DNA of 64,000 nt, from assembly GCF_009914755.1 (NCBI RefSeq), contig NC_060936.1; one strand, written 5' to 3'. The notes beneath the pieces were generated by a model that saw only the letters and a program-made list of their open reading frames with translations, did no database searches and was not told the origin of the DNA. Both the position numbers and the translations under genes were made by a program. This document shows, one piece after another, positions 31,209 to 45,770 of this stretch (position 1 is its first letter; every line of letters starts with the position of its first letter). Source of the DNA: the human T2T-CHM13v2.0 reference genome, Homo sapiens.

Positions 31209-31306
31209 CTTTAGTTTAAATTCAAGTATTGCACTGTATCCAGTTTTTTGACATGTAATATTGACTGTTCCACCAAGCTCCAGTGTCATTGTACCATAAA
31301 GAATTC
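31209..31306 (-). CDS. OSBPL8: OSBPL8 exon (GILYGTMTLELGG...EFKLK)
   Basis: 98 nt, phase 1-0; AAG|GTTAGT. Confidence 0.95.
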
Positions 31307-31454
31307 CTAAAGGAAAAAGATTTGACAAAAAATTGAAAAGAGTATAGTATAGTATATGGCTCACAATAAACAGTTTAGTAATCTAATCTTTTAGGAGAAA
31401 CATAATTCAAAATCACTCTGTCCCACTCAAATGAAAAACTATAATATAGACATA

Positions 31455-32125
31455 CAGTTGGTTCTGTAGGATATAAATAGATAACACCTGATTCACATTA
31501 TGTGCAGATTCCCTATCTGTAAATTCACCTACTCAGTAAAATATCAATACCCACAGTACTTCTGTAGTCATTTGGAGACATGTGCAGAGTAGCGAAAAAT
31601 TTGAGTCACCCAATGCACACATTCTGAGCTGAGGCTGAGCAAGGCAAACACTCTTGGTTCAGCTCCCACATTGTTTTAAAAAAAAAAAAAAAAGTGTCCT
31701 TTTTGCAGTGTATTTAGTATCATGTTTTCACATTTTGTGCTTTTCACTGGTGGTTTTGCTGTTTAAAATGGACCCACATGTAGTGTTGCAGTGCTGTCTA
31801 GTGTTCCTAAGTGCAAGAAAGCTATACTGTATTTTACAGGGAAAATGTGTGTTAAAAGCTACGTTTAGGCTTTAGTTCTGTTGGCTGTTAGTTCAATGTT
31901 AATGAATCAATAATATGTAATTAATGTTATAATTACATCAGGTTTCTTTAAATAGAAGCATATATAAAACAAGGTTATGTACTGATTAACTGGCTGATGA
32001 AAATGTTGGCACAAGAGGCTCACAGGAATCCAATCTCATACTCCCCCAGGAGCAATGGCTCAGTATTTGCTAACTCAGTGGTGACTTTATGTAACATAAC
32101 TACTGCAAATAACAAGAATCAAATG
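31455..32125 (-). mobile_element. TcMar-Tigger element (MER82-like)
   Basis: ta|cagttg start; gcgaaaaatttgagtcacc and ataactactgcaaataacaagaatc motifs. Confidence 0.65.
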
Positions 32126-32737
32126 CATAAGCAAAGCAAACAAAAAACTACAAAATAAGTTCTGTGGTTAAAAGCTGGGGAAACTCTGGGTTTAACAAAG
32201 CTAAACAGGTTGTGTGTGTATCTGCTGTTGGTCTAAGATGCTAAGGCAGCCTTTAACATGCAATGTACAATATTATCTTTTGAGAGGGGAACAGACTATG
32301 CAATGTTTCTCAAATTTATTTGGCTATGGAACTCTTATTTTACAAAACAATTTGTGAGACTAGTGACTTGGGGGAACACACCTTAGAAAACATACAGGGT
32401 GAAACATCTTATAAAAATCATTTCATATGCTCATTCGCAAGTGGTTATAACTTCTTTTCTTTTTCCATGCATTGCTATAAAAAATTTTCCCTATTGTAAG
32501 CTAAGTAGCGCATGGATATCTACATGGAATATAGTTTTATTTTTTCTAAATGATAGAAAATTTAAAAATATGTGTTCTTATCAATTCATAATTAAAGATA
32601 TTTCACTCCATGCTTACTTCAAGAACTATACTTGAAGCTCTAAGAATAATCTAGACTAAGGCCATAAGTTAGGCTCTTTTGTACATGCTGGGTTGGCCTT
32701 CGATAAGATTCAGCCCTCCGAGATTTCTCAACTGTGT

Positions 32738-33541
32738 GTTCTGGGATACATGTGCAGAACGTGAAGCTTTGTTATATAGGTATACACGTGCCATGGTGGT
32801 TTGCTGCACCTATCAACCCATCATCTACATTAGGTATTTCTCCTAATGCTATCCCTCCCCTTGCCCCCCACCTCCCAATAGGTCTCAGTGTATGATGTTC
32901 CCCTCCCTGTGCCCATGTGTTCTCATTGTTCAACTCCCACTTATGAGTGAGATCATGTGGTGTTTGGTTTTCTGTTTCTGTGTTAGTTTGCTGAGAATGA
33001 TGGTTTCCAGCTTCATCCATGTCCCTGCAAAGGACATAAACTCATCCTTTTTTATGGCTGCATAGTGTTCCATGGTGTGTATGTGCCACATTTTCTTTAT
33101 CCAGTTTATCACTGATGGGCATTTGGGTTGGTCCCAAGTCTTTGCTATTGTGAATAGTGCTGCAATAAACATACGTGTACATGTGTCTTTATAGCAGAAT
33201 AATGTATAACCCTTTGGGTATATACCCAGTAATGTGATTGCTGGGTCAAATGGTATTTCTAGTTCTAGATCCTTGAGGGATAGCCACACCGTCTTCCACA
33301 ATAGCTGAACTAATTTACACTCCCACCAACAGTGTAAAATTGTTCCTATTTCTGCACATCCTCTCCAGCATCTGTTATTTCCTGACTTTTTAATGATCAC
33401 CATTCTAACTGGCATGAGATGCTATCTCATTGTGGTTTGATTTGCATTTCTCTAATGATCAGTGATAATGAGCTTTTTTTCATGTTGGTCACATAAATGT
33501 CTTCTTTTGAAAAGTGTCTGTTCGTATCCTTTGCCCACTTT
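32738..33541 (-). mobile_element. L1PA (L1PA7-like) 3' fragment without poly(A) tail
   Basis: ORF2 C-terminus ([15 protein letters not shown]) and 3'UTR in reverse. Confidence 0.92.
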
Positions 33542-33689
33542 TCATATTGAATAATTTATATGTTTTCATGAATCAGTTCCCAAAATAGAGGATAATTACC
33601 AAAAAAGGTATTTTTAAGATTTTAAGAAACCGGTTGGAAGGGAGGATACACATCATGACCACACTAAACTGATGCAAAATAGTTGAAAG

Positions 33690-33885
33690 TTCAGAGTGCA
33701 GAGGTAAACCACCTGGGTTCAGATCCTGACTTGCCACATTTTAGCTGTATGATCTCAGGCATATTAACCTCTCTGTGCTTCATTTTTCCTCTTCTAAAAA
33801 AGGGAATAATAATATTTCTATTTTATAGGAGCTGCTGAAATGATTAAATAAATGCATTGAACAGTTGGGTGCCTAGCATGTTGTA
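33690..33885 (+). mobile_element. MIR
   Basis: cctgggttcagatcctgac...aacctctctgtgcttc. Confidence 0.7.
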
Positions 33886-34388
33886 ATGTTATAGATGACA
33901 ATTATTATGTAATACCCTTATCTGTATTTTAAATAATGGGGCAAAAAGCATAATACATTAAGAAATTGCCAAATGAGGGTGAGAAAAATCTTTAAAAAAC
34001 TTGGTACATTAAAAAATAGTAAATTAAAATTTTAAAAAAGCATGGTGGTGCAAAAAGATGAAAATCATCTTTACAGATTCTGAAATAATAGACGGTTTTG
34101 TCAAATTTGAAAATTTGCACATCAGGCAAGTGCAAAGAAATTCCATTATGATAAATCAGTCTCTTCTGACTAAAGTACACATCACAAAGAGTCCATTACA
34201 GGTGAATTAATTCACCGCAGAAATATTCAGCAAATGATAGCAATAATCTTAAATATCTGTAATCCAAGGATGCTTTCAAACAAAATGTAAGTCTGACTCC
34301 ATCAATCACAAAGCATAACAAATCACAGCTACATACATTTACTTAAAAGGAAAGCTTAATATCTAATTCAAGTATAGAAAATATTTAC

Positions 34389-34487
34389 CTTTACAATGAG
34401 CGTATGGCATTGTCATTACATAATCTTCACCTCTATTCAAGAAAGTTAACCGTGCTTCTCCCTCTAATATTGCAGATAATGAGTTTC
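34389..34487 (-). CDS. OSBPL8: OSBPL8 exon (GNSLSAILEG...MPYAHCK)
   Basis: 99 nt, phase 1-1; tttcag|, G|GTAAAT. Confidence 0.95.
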
Positions 34488-34711
34488 CTGAAATAAAATG
34501 TTGTTTATTAAATTTCACAAAACTTATTCAACCAATTCAAAACAAACAAAATATATTTAGAACACCTACCAGACATCTACAGTAGAAAGTCTTAAAAATG
34601 TCTCAATCTCAATGTGCCCAAACATGTATTCATTACCTTATATCCAAAACATATTTCATCCATATTCTCATTTTTACATAATGACTACTTTTAAAAGATA
34701 CAGTTATGTGC

Positions 34712-35024
34712 TTTTTTTTTTGAGATGGAGTCTCTGTCACTCTGTTGCCCAGGCTGGAGTGCAGTGGAGTGATCTCGACTCACTGTAATCTCCACCTCCA
34801 GGGTTCAGCAATTCTCCTGTCTCAGCCTCCTGAGTGGCTGGGATTACAGGCGTGCACCACCATACCCAGCTAATTTTTATATTTGTAGTAGAGACAGGGT
34901 TTCCCCATGTTGGCCAAGCTGATTTTAACTCCTGACCTTGGGTGATCTGCCCACCTTGGGTGATCTGCCCACCTCGGCCTCCCAAAGTGCTGGGATTACA
35001 GGCATGAGCCACTGCACCCGGCCT
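34712..35024 (-). mobile_element. AluS with internal 18-bp duplication (34935-34970)
   Basis: Reverse Alu; accttgggtgatctgccc x2. Confidence 0.92.
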
Positions 35025-36355
35025 GTTTTATGAGAGTTACAAGAAAATGAGAAAACATGTAGAATACTTAATCTTAATAAAACACTGTTTCACTGTATAG
35101 CCTAATTTTCTTTTTTGAATAAAACCATTATTTTTTAGCTGTAAGTCACATTACTTACAAATCTCAAGCTTTAAATGCTTATAATTAATCCTATAGACAA
35201 TTTAGAAAAATAAAAAATATATATAAAGCACCAAAATGCAGTCAACGATAAAATACTATGGTAATTTCTTCTAAGTTTTCTCCCGTATGCATTTTCTCTC
35301 CTTCTATTCTCAGCTTTACTGAAGTATAAATTTACATACAGTAACTAACCCATTTTAAGTGTGAAATTTGAGTTTTGGAAATTGCAGAGTCATATAACCA
35401 CCACCACAATCAAGATATAGAACTTCCCATTATCCCCAAAAAGTTCCTCCTTGCCCCTGAGCAGTCAATCCTTTCCCTTAGCCCCAGGACACCAATGGTG
35501 CATTTTAAATCACTGGCTTTACCTATTCTAGAATTCTGTACAGATGGCATTATAGAATATGTAGCTTGCTGTGTTTTACTTCCTTCAATTAGCACAATGT
35601 CTTTCAGGTTCATCCACATTGTTGTATAAGAATTCTATTCCTTTTTATTGCTAGTTAGCATTCTGTAGTTGTGATTATTTCCTTACTAGTTGATGGTCCT
35701 TAAGTTGTGTTTAGTCCTGGATTGTTATGAATAATGTTGTGTATACTTAAGAACATTTACGTACAAGTCTTTATGTAGACATCTATTTTCATTTTTCATG
35801 GGCAAATACCTAGGAGTGGAATTTCTGAGTTCATGGTAAATGTATGTTTAACTATGGACAATCATTTCTCCCATGTCAAAAAACATTTGACCATGTGTAC
35901 AGGTCTACATCTGAACTCTATTGCATCCCATTAATTTATATATCTACCATTACGTCAATTCCACACTGTAATGATTACCTTAGCTTTATTCTAAAATCAG
36001 GCAGTGAAAGACCTTTCTTGTTCTTTTTCAAAATTGTTTGGCTGTTTTGGGTCCTTGACTTTTCAACGTAATTTGAGAGCCAACTTGCCAATATCTTCAA
36101 AAAAGCCTGCTTAGATTATGATTAGGATTGCACTGAGTCTATGGCTCAATTAAGGGAGCTCTATTATCTTAACACTATTAAATATCTCAATATATAAACA
36201 TAGTCTATCTATCCATTTATTTGGATCTTCTTTAATTTTCCTCAGCAATGTTTTAGTCTTCAGTATACACGACTTACACATCTTTTATTAAATTTATTTT
36301 TAAATACATTATTTGGATGCTATTATAATTGGAGTTGTTTTTAAATTTCATTCTG

Positions 36356-36488
36356 AGCCAGGCATGGTGATGTGTGCCTGTAATCCCAGCTACTCAGGAG
36401 GCTGAGGTGAGAGGATCCCTTGAGCTCAGGAGTTTGAGACCAGCAACATAGTGAGACACTGTCCCAAAAAAAAAAAAAAAAAAAAAAA
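36356..36488 (+). mobile_element. Alu monomer (FLAM-like) with A-tail
   Basis: About 110-bp monomer plus A22. Confidence 0.85.
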
Positions 36489-37671
36489 CCCTCTGCAAGT
36501 ATTCATTTCTAGTATATAGAAATACAACTGATTTTTCTTTTTTGACCATGCATCTTGAGACCTTACTAAATTCACTTATTAGTTGTATGAGCTTTTTTTG
36601 TATATTCTTGAAGATTTTCTATGTAATCTGGTATATAAATAGCTTATCTTCTTCCTTTCAATCTGTATGCTATTTTTCCCTTTAATTTGCCTACTGCATT
36701 GGCTAGGACCTCTAATACAATTTTGTATAGAAGTAATGAGAGTAAACATCCTTGCCTTGTTCTTGATCTTAGGTAGAAATTATTCAATTTTCACCTTAAA
36801 AGTATGAAGTTGGCTATATATTTTTCATAGATGCCTTTAATCTAGTCCTAGTTCCTTGAGGACTAAGAAATAAATAGGTGTTGAATTCTGTCAAATCATT
36901 TTTCCATATCTATCGAAATCACACTTTTCTTCTCTGTTATTCTATTAATATGGTAAATTACATTGTTTATCAGATGGTAAACCAACCTTGTATTCCTGAG
37001 ATAAAATCCATTTCATCATATTATTCTTTTAATATACTGATCATGATACCTTTATTTATATGTCCATATATTATTCTCCCTATCTGTTGATTTGTTACTA
37101 CTTAAGAATTTTTACATGTATAAGGATATTAGATCTGTAGTTTATTTTCTTGTAATCTCTGGTTTGGGGAATCAGGATAATCCTGGCCTCATAAAATGAT
37201 CTGAGGAGTGTTTTTTCTTCTTCTATTTTATGCCAAAAATTGTGTAGAACTGTTATTTCTGCCTTAAATCTTTAGAAGAACTCAAGACATCTGGGCCTGG
37301 AGTATATCCTTGAAGAAATATTTTACATTACTAAATCAATTTATCTGATATAAAGCTATTACAATTTTACACCACTTCTTGGGTCAGCTGTGGTAATTTG
37401 TGTCTCTTAAGAAATTTGTCCATTTCAAATTTCTATCTCTTTTAATTCTGTCTATTTTTGCTTCATTGAAGTTCTGTGATTAGATACACAGGCATTTATG
37501 ATTATTATGTTATCCTGACGTACTGAACCTTTTTATTTCATTATGAAATGTTCTTTATCTCTATTAACACTTTTTGTTTTGAAATCTATTTTATTAATAT
37601 ACTCACTTAACCCTACTTGTACTTAATACTTGCATAGTTTAGCTTTTAACTTTTACTTTCCATTTACTTTC

Positions 37672-38015
<344 letters not shown>

Positions 38016-38317
38016 TAAGGTATGTTGGTCCTTGCTGTTTTAGCTAATCTGATAATCACTGTCTTTAAATGAGATTATTTGGGCCATTAAGACTGATACA
38101 ATCATATTATTGGGTTTTAGTCTATCATTTTGCTATGTGTTTTCTATCTGTCCCCTCTGATTTTTGTTCCTTGATTGGGCTTTCCTGTTTCTTTTATACA
38201 TTATTTAAATTATTGTTTAAATTTTTTAAAGAATTTCATTTTAATTTTCTTACTGATTTTTTACCTATACTTTTTGGTGGCGATTTTTCTTTGTGTGTGT
38301 GTGTGTTTGCTCTAGTG

Positions 38318-38501
38318 TAGGGCTTCTCAATGGTAGCACTACTGACATTTAGGGGACTGGATAATTATTTGTTGTAAGGGGTTGTTCTGTGCATTGCAGG
38401 ATGTTTAGCAGCATTCCTGGCATCTACCTACTGGATCTCCCAACTGTGAGAACCCAAAATGTCTTCAGACATTGCCAAATGTCTCCTGAGGAGAACCACT
38501 G
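38318..38501 (-). mobile_element. MER20 (hAT-Charlie)
   Basis: aaaatgtcttcagacattgccaaatgtc...gagaaccactg. Confidence 0.8.
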
Positions 38502-38528
38502 CTTTAGGGATTACAATATTAATCTTTA

Positions 38529-38834
<306 letters not shown>

Positions 38835-40193
38835 CTATCTCTAGGTCCATTCTCTTCCAGGGCTGTGTACTGTAGTTACATGTGTTAAATCTGCATATGC
38901 TATAAAACTCACAAGATAATGCTGACATTTCTGTTTTGAATGGTTACATGTATTAAAAGGAAAAAATAAGAAAAAATGTCTTTTGAATTTACCCATATGT
39001 TTACCAATTCTGACGATCTTAAATTCATTCTGGATTTAATAGATTCTTTCAAATTATAAAGGAACAGATAGCTCTGATGTATATAAATTGTACTATAACA
39101 CAGAAAAAAGGCCCACTGATGAAGTAATCCCAGAAAGTGAGCTATGCACCTCGTACTCAATAAAAATTTCTATAAGGGTAGAACACACACTCAGAAAAGC
39201 CATTTATACTATAGTCAGGGTAGAAGAATGGAGGGATGAAAGGTGAAGTAGGTAAGAAATATATCAAATATGAAATATAGATAAACTTAAGGGGAAAAAA
39301 ACAAGCAATCACCATCTTAAACAAAACAAGGTTAAAAAAAAAAAACCCAAAACCAAACCAAAACGAACATCAAGGGAAATAAAAGACACCTTGAAGAAAT
39401 ATAACAATACACACCAGGTTCCTGATCAAAAACTACTCTTAGATATCCCTGTTGCAGACTGAACTATGGCTCACCACACGCTCAGGTAACCAGACCTTGG
39501 ATTTCTGTTTACATACTTTATTTTTCCTTTTTTATCATAATGATTTTTTTCACTCAGGTTTAAAATTCTTTGGTTGAAATTTAATTGTTCTTCTTCATTT
39601 AAATATTTTTTAAAACTATATAAAAGCATTTTAAGGTTAGATATGTTTTACTGGTATATAGCTTTGGCAATGATTTGTTTGAACTATCAAAGTTTTTATA
39701 TTAATGTTTCCTACTATAACCATTTCTCTATTTTCCCTTGTACTTGCAAACAGTTTTTTTGGTATGTTATTTAGTCCAAAGTTAAATATATTTACTGACT
39801 GACCCTGGGCCAGGTATCGTAACCATACTTGGATTCTTCCTCTCTGTTCAAAGACTAAAATAGAAAGACTAATCCCTTAGATACACTGAAATGAAACACA
39901 AAAAACTGGCCAGACTAAAGGCAAAAGAAACACTTTATGCACTAAAGGGCTATAATGGGCAATCATTCTGTCTTTTCATAAGAAATGTTTGTGATATATT
40001 CACATATATGTGATGAATACATAAGCCACACCTTTATTTATGAGTGGGCAGAAAAAAGCCATTATTCAAGGAAAGATGATACTTAAAATGACAAACTCCT
40101 TGTTGAAAATAGCCCATGACACTGCCTAAATAAAAGCTCACCAGAAAATAATACCTCCCAGGAGAGGGTGCAAGTTGGGACGGGAAAACTCAC

Positions 40194-40290
40194 CATAAAA
40201 CTTAGACTTAGCCAGGATACTACCGCTAAGGCAAAATCCATCTTTTCGATTACTAACATAAAAGGCAGATATTGGTGGATGATGGGACAC
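40194..40290 (-). CDS. OSBPL8: OSBPL8 exon (VSHHPPISAFY...KSKFY), second half of the OSBP fingerprint EQVSHHPP
   Basis: 97 nt, phase 0-1; G|GTGAGT. Confidence 0.97.
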
Positions 40291-40443
40291 CTATTAAACA
40301 TAAGAAAAACATGCATATATAAAATATAAAAACATGTTTATATAAAATATAAAAAGATAAGCATATTATTGTGCCATTATCAAAAGTTCAAGTCTTATAA
40401 TGAGTAAGAAAAAACATTTAATAAGTAGTAAAAATTAAATATT

Positions 40444-40928
40444 GATGGTTATAGTAACCAGCCTCCTGTCTCCTAATGAGACCCACCCTCCTGGTAGTCA
40501 CATAGGCCCCTCTTATATTGTACTGAAGTTGGTTTGTGTGGAAGTGACACTATGTAATTTCTGAGATTAGGTTACAAAGCACCTTCCATGCTGGGGGCTG
40601 TCTCTCTGCCTATCTCTCAATCATTAGTTCTGAAAAGCCAGCTTTGAGATTGTGAAAAACCCTACAGAGAGGGCTACGTGGTGAGGAACTGAGCTCTTCT
40701 GTCAACAGCCAGGTGATGAACCTGGACGTGAATCTTCCAGCCCAGTCAAGCCTGTAGATGACTGCAAAGCTGGCTGACAGTTTGACTGCAAGCTCATTAG
40801 AAATCCTGAGCAGGAACCACCCAACTAAGCAGCTCTCAGATTCCTGTACCTCATCATATAAGATAATAAATACTGCTTTAACTCAGTTTTGGCACTAATT
40901 TTTTAGACAGCAATGGATAACTAATACA
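40444..40928 (+). mobile_element. MLT1 (F-like) MaLR LTR
   Basis: gtgaggaactga...ccagcccagtcaagcct...cagcaatggataactaataca. Confidence 0.7.
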
Positions 40929-42107
40929 GTGATTAGTCTTCATATGGATTACTGAATGACTATAGGAAACAAAAACAAAAAACATGTTATTTAATAATCT
41001 AATGCCTTCAACAATATATTTACTTCTAATGTTCTCTTACATGAGACAAACTAAAATCAGCATTTCAAGCTTCTTAATTTCATGAAGAATTAAATCATTG
41101 AGTTTTAAAAAATTAATATAGATAAGTGGTTTTGACTTGAGGGGGTTATCAAAACCTCTAGGAGAAGAAGGTTTTTCAAAGAACACATGGTCTTTTCATT
41201 CTCCTTACACTCAAAGTGAGAATTACCATAATAAGGAGCCACTGTTATTGAAAGAGAATGTCGTATTCCTCAAGTTTATGCAGACAGAAGACTGAAAATC
41301 ATGATTATGGATGTATATGAGTTCAAATTAATGAAAGTTTAAAAATTAAAATATTTTCTGTCTGTATACAACAAAAAGAGAGGTATCATAGGGGAGAAGA
41401 GGGAATTAAAGAAGCTAACAATTCAATTAGGAAAATAAATATTCTGTAAAAAGGTAAACGATACAAATGTTAAAATAAGAGCTTAATGGATAATCACAAA
41501 AAACAATACAGAAGTTTGAGAAGGGAAAAATCACTGGGAGCTGCAGTCATGTGCATCATGAAGAATAAGCGGGTCAGGGTTTGTTTAGATAAAGAATAGC
41601 TAAGAAGAAATACTGGAGTGTGAGAATTAAATTTAAAAATGAGGAAAGAAAGTGCTAGATCAGGTTACCTAGTCATGAACTGCACAGGTTTGACTACTGT
41701 GGAGAACTAGAAAGGTATTAATTTGAGATAAATTTGGAAAAGATATAAAGGACTTTGAATGCCAGACAAATGAATGCCACACCACTGAATAATTTTGAGC
41801 ATGATCAAAAGTTGTTTAGGAAATATGAGCTCAGCCAAAAAAAAAAATTAAAAAAAGGGCAGGGGGCATAGCAAAGGAAAAATAAAGATTTATTTTTGGT
41901 CAAAGGATTCCATGACTGTAATAATAGTACCTATGAATATATTTAGTAGTACTTTAGTAGTATTTAATATTAAAAGGTTAAATGTTTACCAAATGTTCAG
42001 AAATAAGAAAGGCTAAATAATATTGAGTTTACTGGGTAAATATTTTCTATAAAAATATTCCAATAACTTCCAGATCAGTTTTGTTTCCATACATGCATTT
42101 CTAATAC

Positions 42108-42206
42108 CTGTTCAGCAATATAAAAAGTTTTGCTGTTTGTTCTGGGATGAATCCATAAACAACGGAAAGTCTCGCCAAGTATAGGATTATAAGGTTTCTT
42201 CAGTCC
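42108..42206 (-). CDS. OSBPL8: OSBPL8 exon (GLKKPYNPILGETF...YIAEQ)
   Basis: 99 nt, phase 0-0; conserved KPYNPILGETF motif. Confidence 0.97.
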
Positions 42207-42519
42207 CTGGTAAAAAAAAAAAAAAAGCAATTTCAAATTACAAATACAAAGGATTCAAAATAGTTTAAACTAGTCAAAATGGGTTTAACTCTACCATCTG
42301 GGAACCGTCCTTATAAAATTTCAAAGTAAATAAAATTTACATTAAATAAAATTAAATGACTTCAATCATAATACATGTCTAAATGATCAGGTATTTTGCA
42401 ATTTTGCTACGTCAAAGAAGCCCAGTAATGTAACTGTTAACACACAATCTACAGATTACATAAAATATAAAGAATTCATAAAACACTAAAGACAATAAAA
42501 TGTAAACAAACATTATTAC

Positions 42520-42601
42520 CTTTGGCTTTTTATAGAATCCTGACAAATACCATTTCACTACTTTCTTCAAACGGAAATAAGGATTTTCTTCAAGAGCTGC
42601 C
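42520..42601 (-). CDS. OSBPL8: OSBPL8 exon (AALEENPYFRLKKVVKWYLSGFYKKPK)
   Basis: 82 nt, phase 2-0. Confidence 0.95.
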
Positions 42602-43769
42602 CTAAAACACAAAACGGTAAACAAAAATTTTAAAAAATGTATCACAAATTCTCTCTCACATTTATTAACCAATAACCGAGTATGAAACATGATTGGAAAA
42701 CATAATTCTTATTTTAAATGGATGACAAAACAACCATGTAATCAATTTTCAACCATGTAAATCAATTTCTGTTTTTCTTAACCTGGTCACATTTTCCCCC
42801 ATTTTCCTATTCTTTGATACACTGCCTGGGTCTTCGCTAAAGTAGTTTTTGGAAACTCTCCAAACCAAGGTTTCTGAATTGGTATTCTGCAGAACCTGAG
42901 ATGTTGTTAGGGGCTCTGTGAAAATTGTGATTGAAAAAAATAAACATGGATTTTGGATTCAGGCACTGTGTGATTTCTAGCATTTGCAATGTTAGGCAGT
43001 GGCCAAGCAGCCTCATTAACAATTTTGTTAGAAGTCTTCAGCCTCACATGTCACTGAAGGACCAATATTTACTTGGTTGAGTCCATTCTCAGTTGTTGAT
43101 GTTAGAGGAGATCAATGGTAAACTGGTGGATGCTGTAGTACATGGAGGGGAGGACATAGGTTGACGATAGCCTCTTTTGTGCAAAGTACCTATCTAAATA
43201 TAGGATTTTATGGGTATGCAGTCCTTAGTACAAAACACAGAAGTTTCAAATTACAAATATGATGCAGAGCCAAAATAATTAAATCAATACGGAAGGTTTT
43301 AACCTATTTTTATTCTTCAACCTGCTCTTGTGTGCTATCAACTGATTTTCCAGAATTAATAAAAACTCAACCAGAATAATGGATAATCAAAGAGTAATTT
43401 TTATTTTAAAGAAGAAATTTGTAGGAGCCATGACTCAGCTGCCCTCCATACAATTCTGCTGTTGTTGCAATCGTTGCAAAAACCTGATTGTGTATGTCTG
43501 AAGTAAATTTTACTGAGAAGTTGATTTTGTTATTGTTGTTTTCTGTTTGTAATGTAGCTACTATGCCCTTATTTACAAAAAGGCATTTACGTTTCACAAG
43601 CATGTCTGACAGTCCAATGTGGTGATTTTTTAAGATGAGATGTGAGACAGAAGAGCACAGACCTAGGCTTATTGACAATGGTGCTAAGTTGAAAGCTTGT
43701 GCTTTTCTGGAGTAACAACCCTCTGATTGCTCTCTTTCCATCTTGGTTTAAATTCCCTTACTATGCAAT

Positions 43770-44820
43770 TTTATTTTAAAATTAAATATATATAGTTCAA
43801 AAGTCAAAGCAATATAAAGAGGTACACATGTCTTGTTACTGCCCCGTCTCTCCACACTGTTCCTACTTACCCTCTATAGGTAACTTTTTAAAAAAGCTTC
43901 CTTTTAAGTTTTCTTTAGGCATAAACAAGCATATATAAATAAACAGTCTTGCTTTTCTTAAAAAAGGGTTGCAAACTATACATACTCTTCTGTACACCTT
44001 GCTTTTTTCACACACAATTCTGGAGGTCCCTACAGATCAGTTTATGGAATTCTTCCTTATATGGGTGGATGTATCACACACTGTTTAACCAGTACACTGT
44101 GCTGGACACTGGAGTTATATCTAATGTTTTATTATTACAAACCCTGCTGCAACAATCTTGTATATATGCCATTCTGTATATGTGGCATTATATCTGTAGG
44201 AGTTATTCCGAGAAGTGAGATTAGTGGATCAAATGATGAATGCATCTATACTTTTGGTAAATACTGCCAGATTACCTTCAGGGTGCTGTGCTAGTCTGCA
44301 CTGCCCACGGTAGTGTATGATAGTCCCTGATTGCCAACAGAATCTTGGCAACAGTGTGTAATGCCAGAAAAGTACAATCTTTCTATTTGAGACAGGGGGC
44401 ATCTCTCAAGAAAATCTTGTGATTCACAGGAATTTGCCTTACATTCTGAGAGAAATGAATTTCTAGACCGACAAAAGTGCAGAAGATATTAGAACGAGGA
44501 TATAAAAGCTTTTTGACTTTTTGTCAATGTGGTGGATAAACAACAATAACTTACTATAATTCAAATGTACATTTTCCTTATTTTGCATGAGGTTTTTACA
44601 TGTTTAAGGACTGTTCCTATTTCTTCATTTTCCAACTGCCCAGTAATTTCTTCCACTCCTTTTTCTGTAAGTTTCCTTTTCTATAGAATCATTTTCATTC
44701 AATTTTTAAGAGCTTTTTTTAGGGAGGTTAACATTTTGTCTACGATGAAATTTGCAAAAATTTCCCAGTTTACCAATTATTTTTTGACTCAGCTTATTTT
44801 TTTCAATGTTCGCTCATGCC
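43770..44820 (-). mobile_element. Old L1ME-like fragments
   Basis: agaagtgagattagtggatcaaa...ccagattacc and other decayed L1 3' motifs. Confidence 0.5.
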
Positions 44821-45585
44821 ATTTATAGACAAAAACCGAAAATAAGTCTTGATAAAGATTCTAAAAATTAGGTCGCAGGGCCAGATATCAGTGGCACAGA
44901 AAGCACAGTGCCTTGAAACACCATTATTGCTGGAATAGGGGCATCAGGTAAGAATTGGAAGCATGGACACAAAGTTGCTGTTCCTTGCAAAGTTTACTGG
45001 TTTTCCAAGAAATTGCTGGGACAGAGGTGGATAGCACCTCCTCTGCCTCCTTTAGGTGTGCCTTCTTCAAAATTACACCCAGGATCAGCTGGCGGCTTCA
45101 GAAAAGCAAAGAAAATAAGGATTTGTTCCAAAAGCTAGCAACTGGCAGGGCATTCTAGTTCTGGTAAGCCGTACATACCTCACAAGCATGCAGACAGACA
45201 AGTATGAGCAAACACAGATGCCCCAGGATGGGACTGAACAAGTGTTTTTGTAGAGGAGAACAAATGATGCCAATCACCTCTCTCTCTCTGTTAGGTTAGT
45301 GAACTGAGGTTAAGGAGCCTATAACGGCAGTGTTGTTGAGTAAAGGGTAGAATTCTTGTTTTCCTCGAGCTTATGATATCTCAATTTAACTTCATAAATG
45401 GCAACATTATAGCAAAGTATCAAACATGCTTCTTACTAAGGGTCAACCACAGAAGTGGTAGAGAACAGAGAGTGATGTCTCATTAGAGCCTGATTTTGGA
45501 AACAAACGATAATTGAAAATAGCATTCTTGAGAATTTCTAAAATCATGAAGTATTGTCTATTTTAAGAAATAAGAATCTACTTAC

Positions 45586-45770
45586 TCAGATAGGAAATCT
45601 GCATGATAGTAGTAATCTGAAAGTTTATCCAGGAAAGAACGGGGTTCCAAAATAAATGTAGGCAGAACCACCTTGGATAGGTCCATGCCAGGACGGACTT
45701 GTTTCAATAGTGTCCAGATAAGGCTTTTGTTTTCTTCAGATACAGTTTCTGTTTGAGAAGCCTCACCTGC
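45586..45770 (-). CDS. OSBPL8: OSBPL8 exon (AGEASQTE...[18 protein letters not shown]...ADFLS), ORD lid
   Basis: 185 nt, phase 0-2; AAG acceptor, GA|GTAAGT. Confidence 0.93.
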
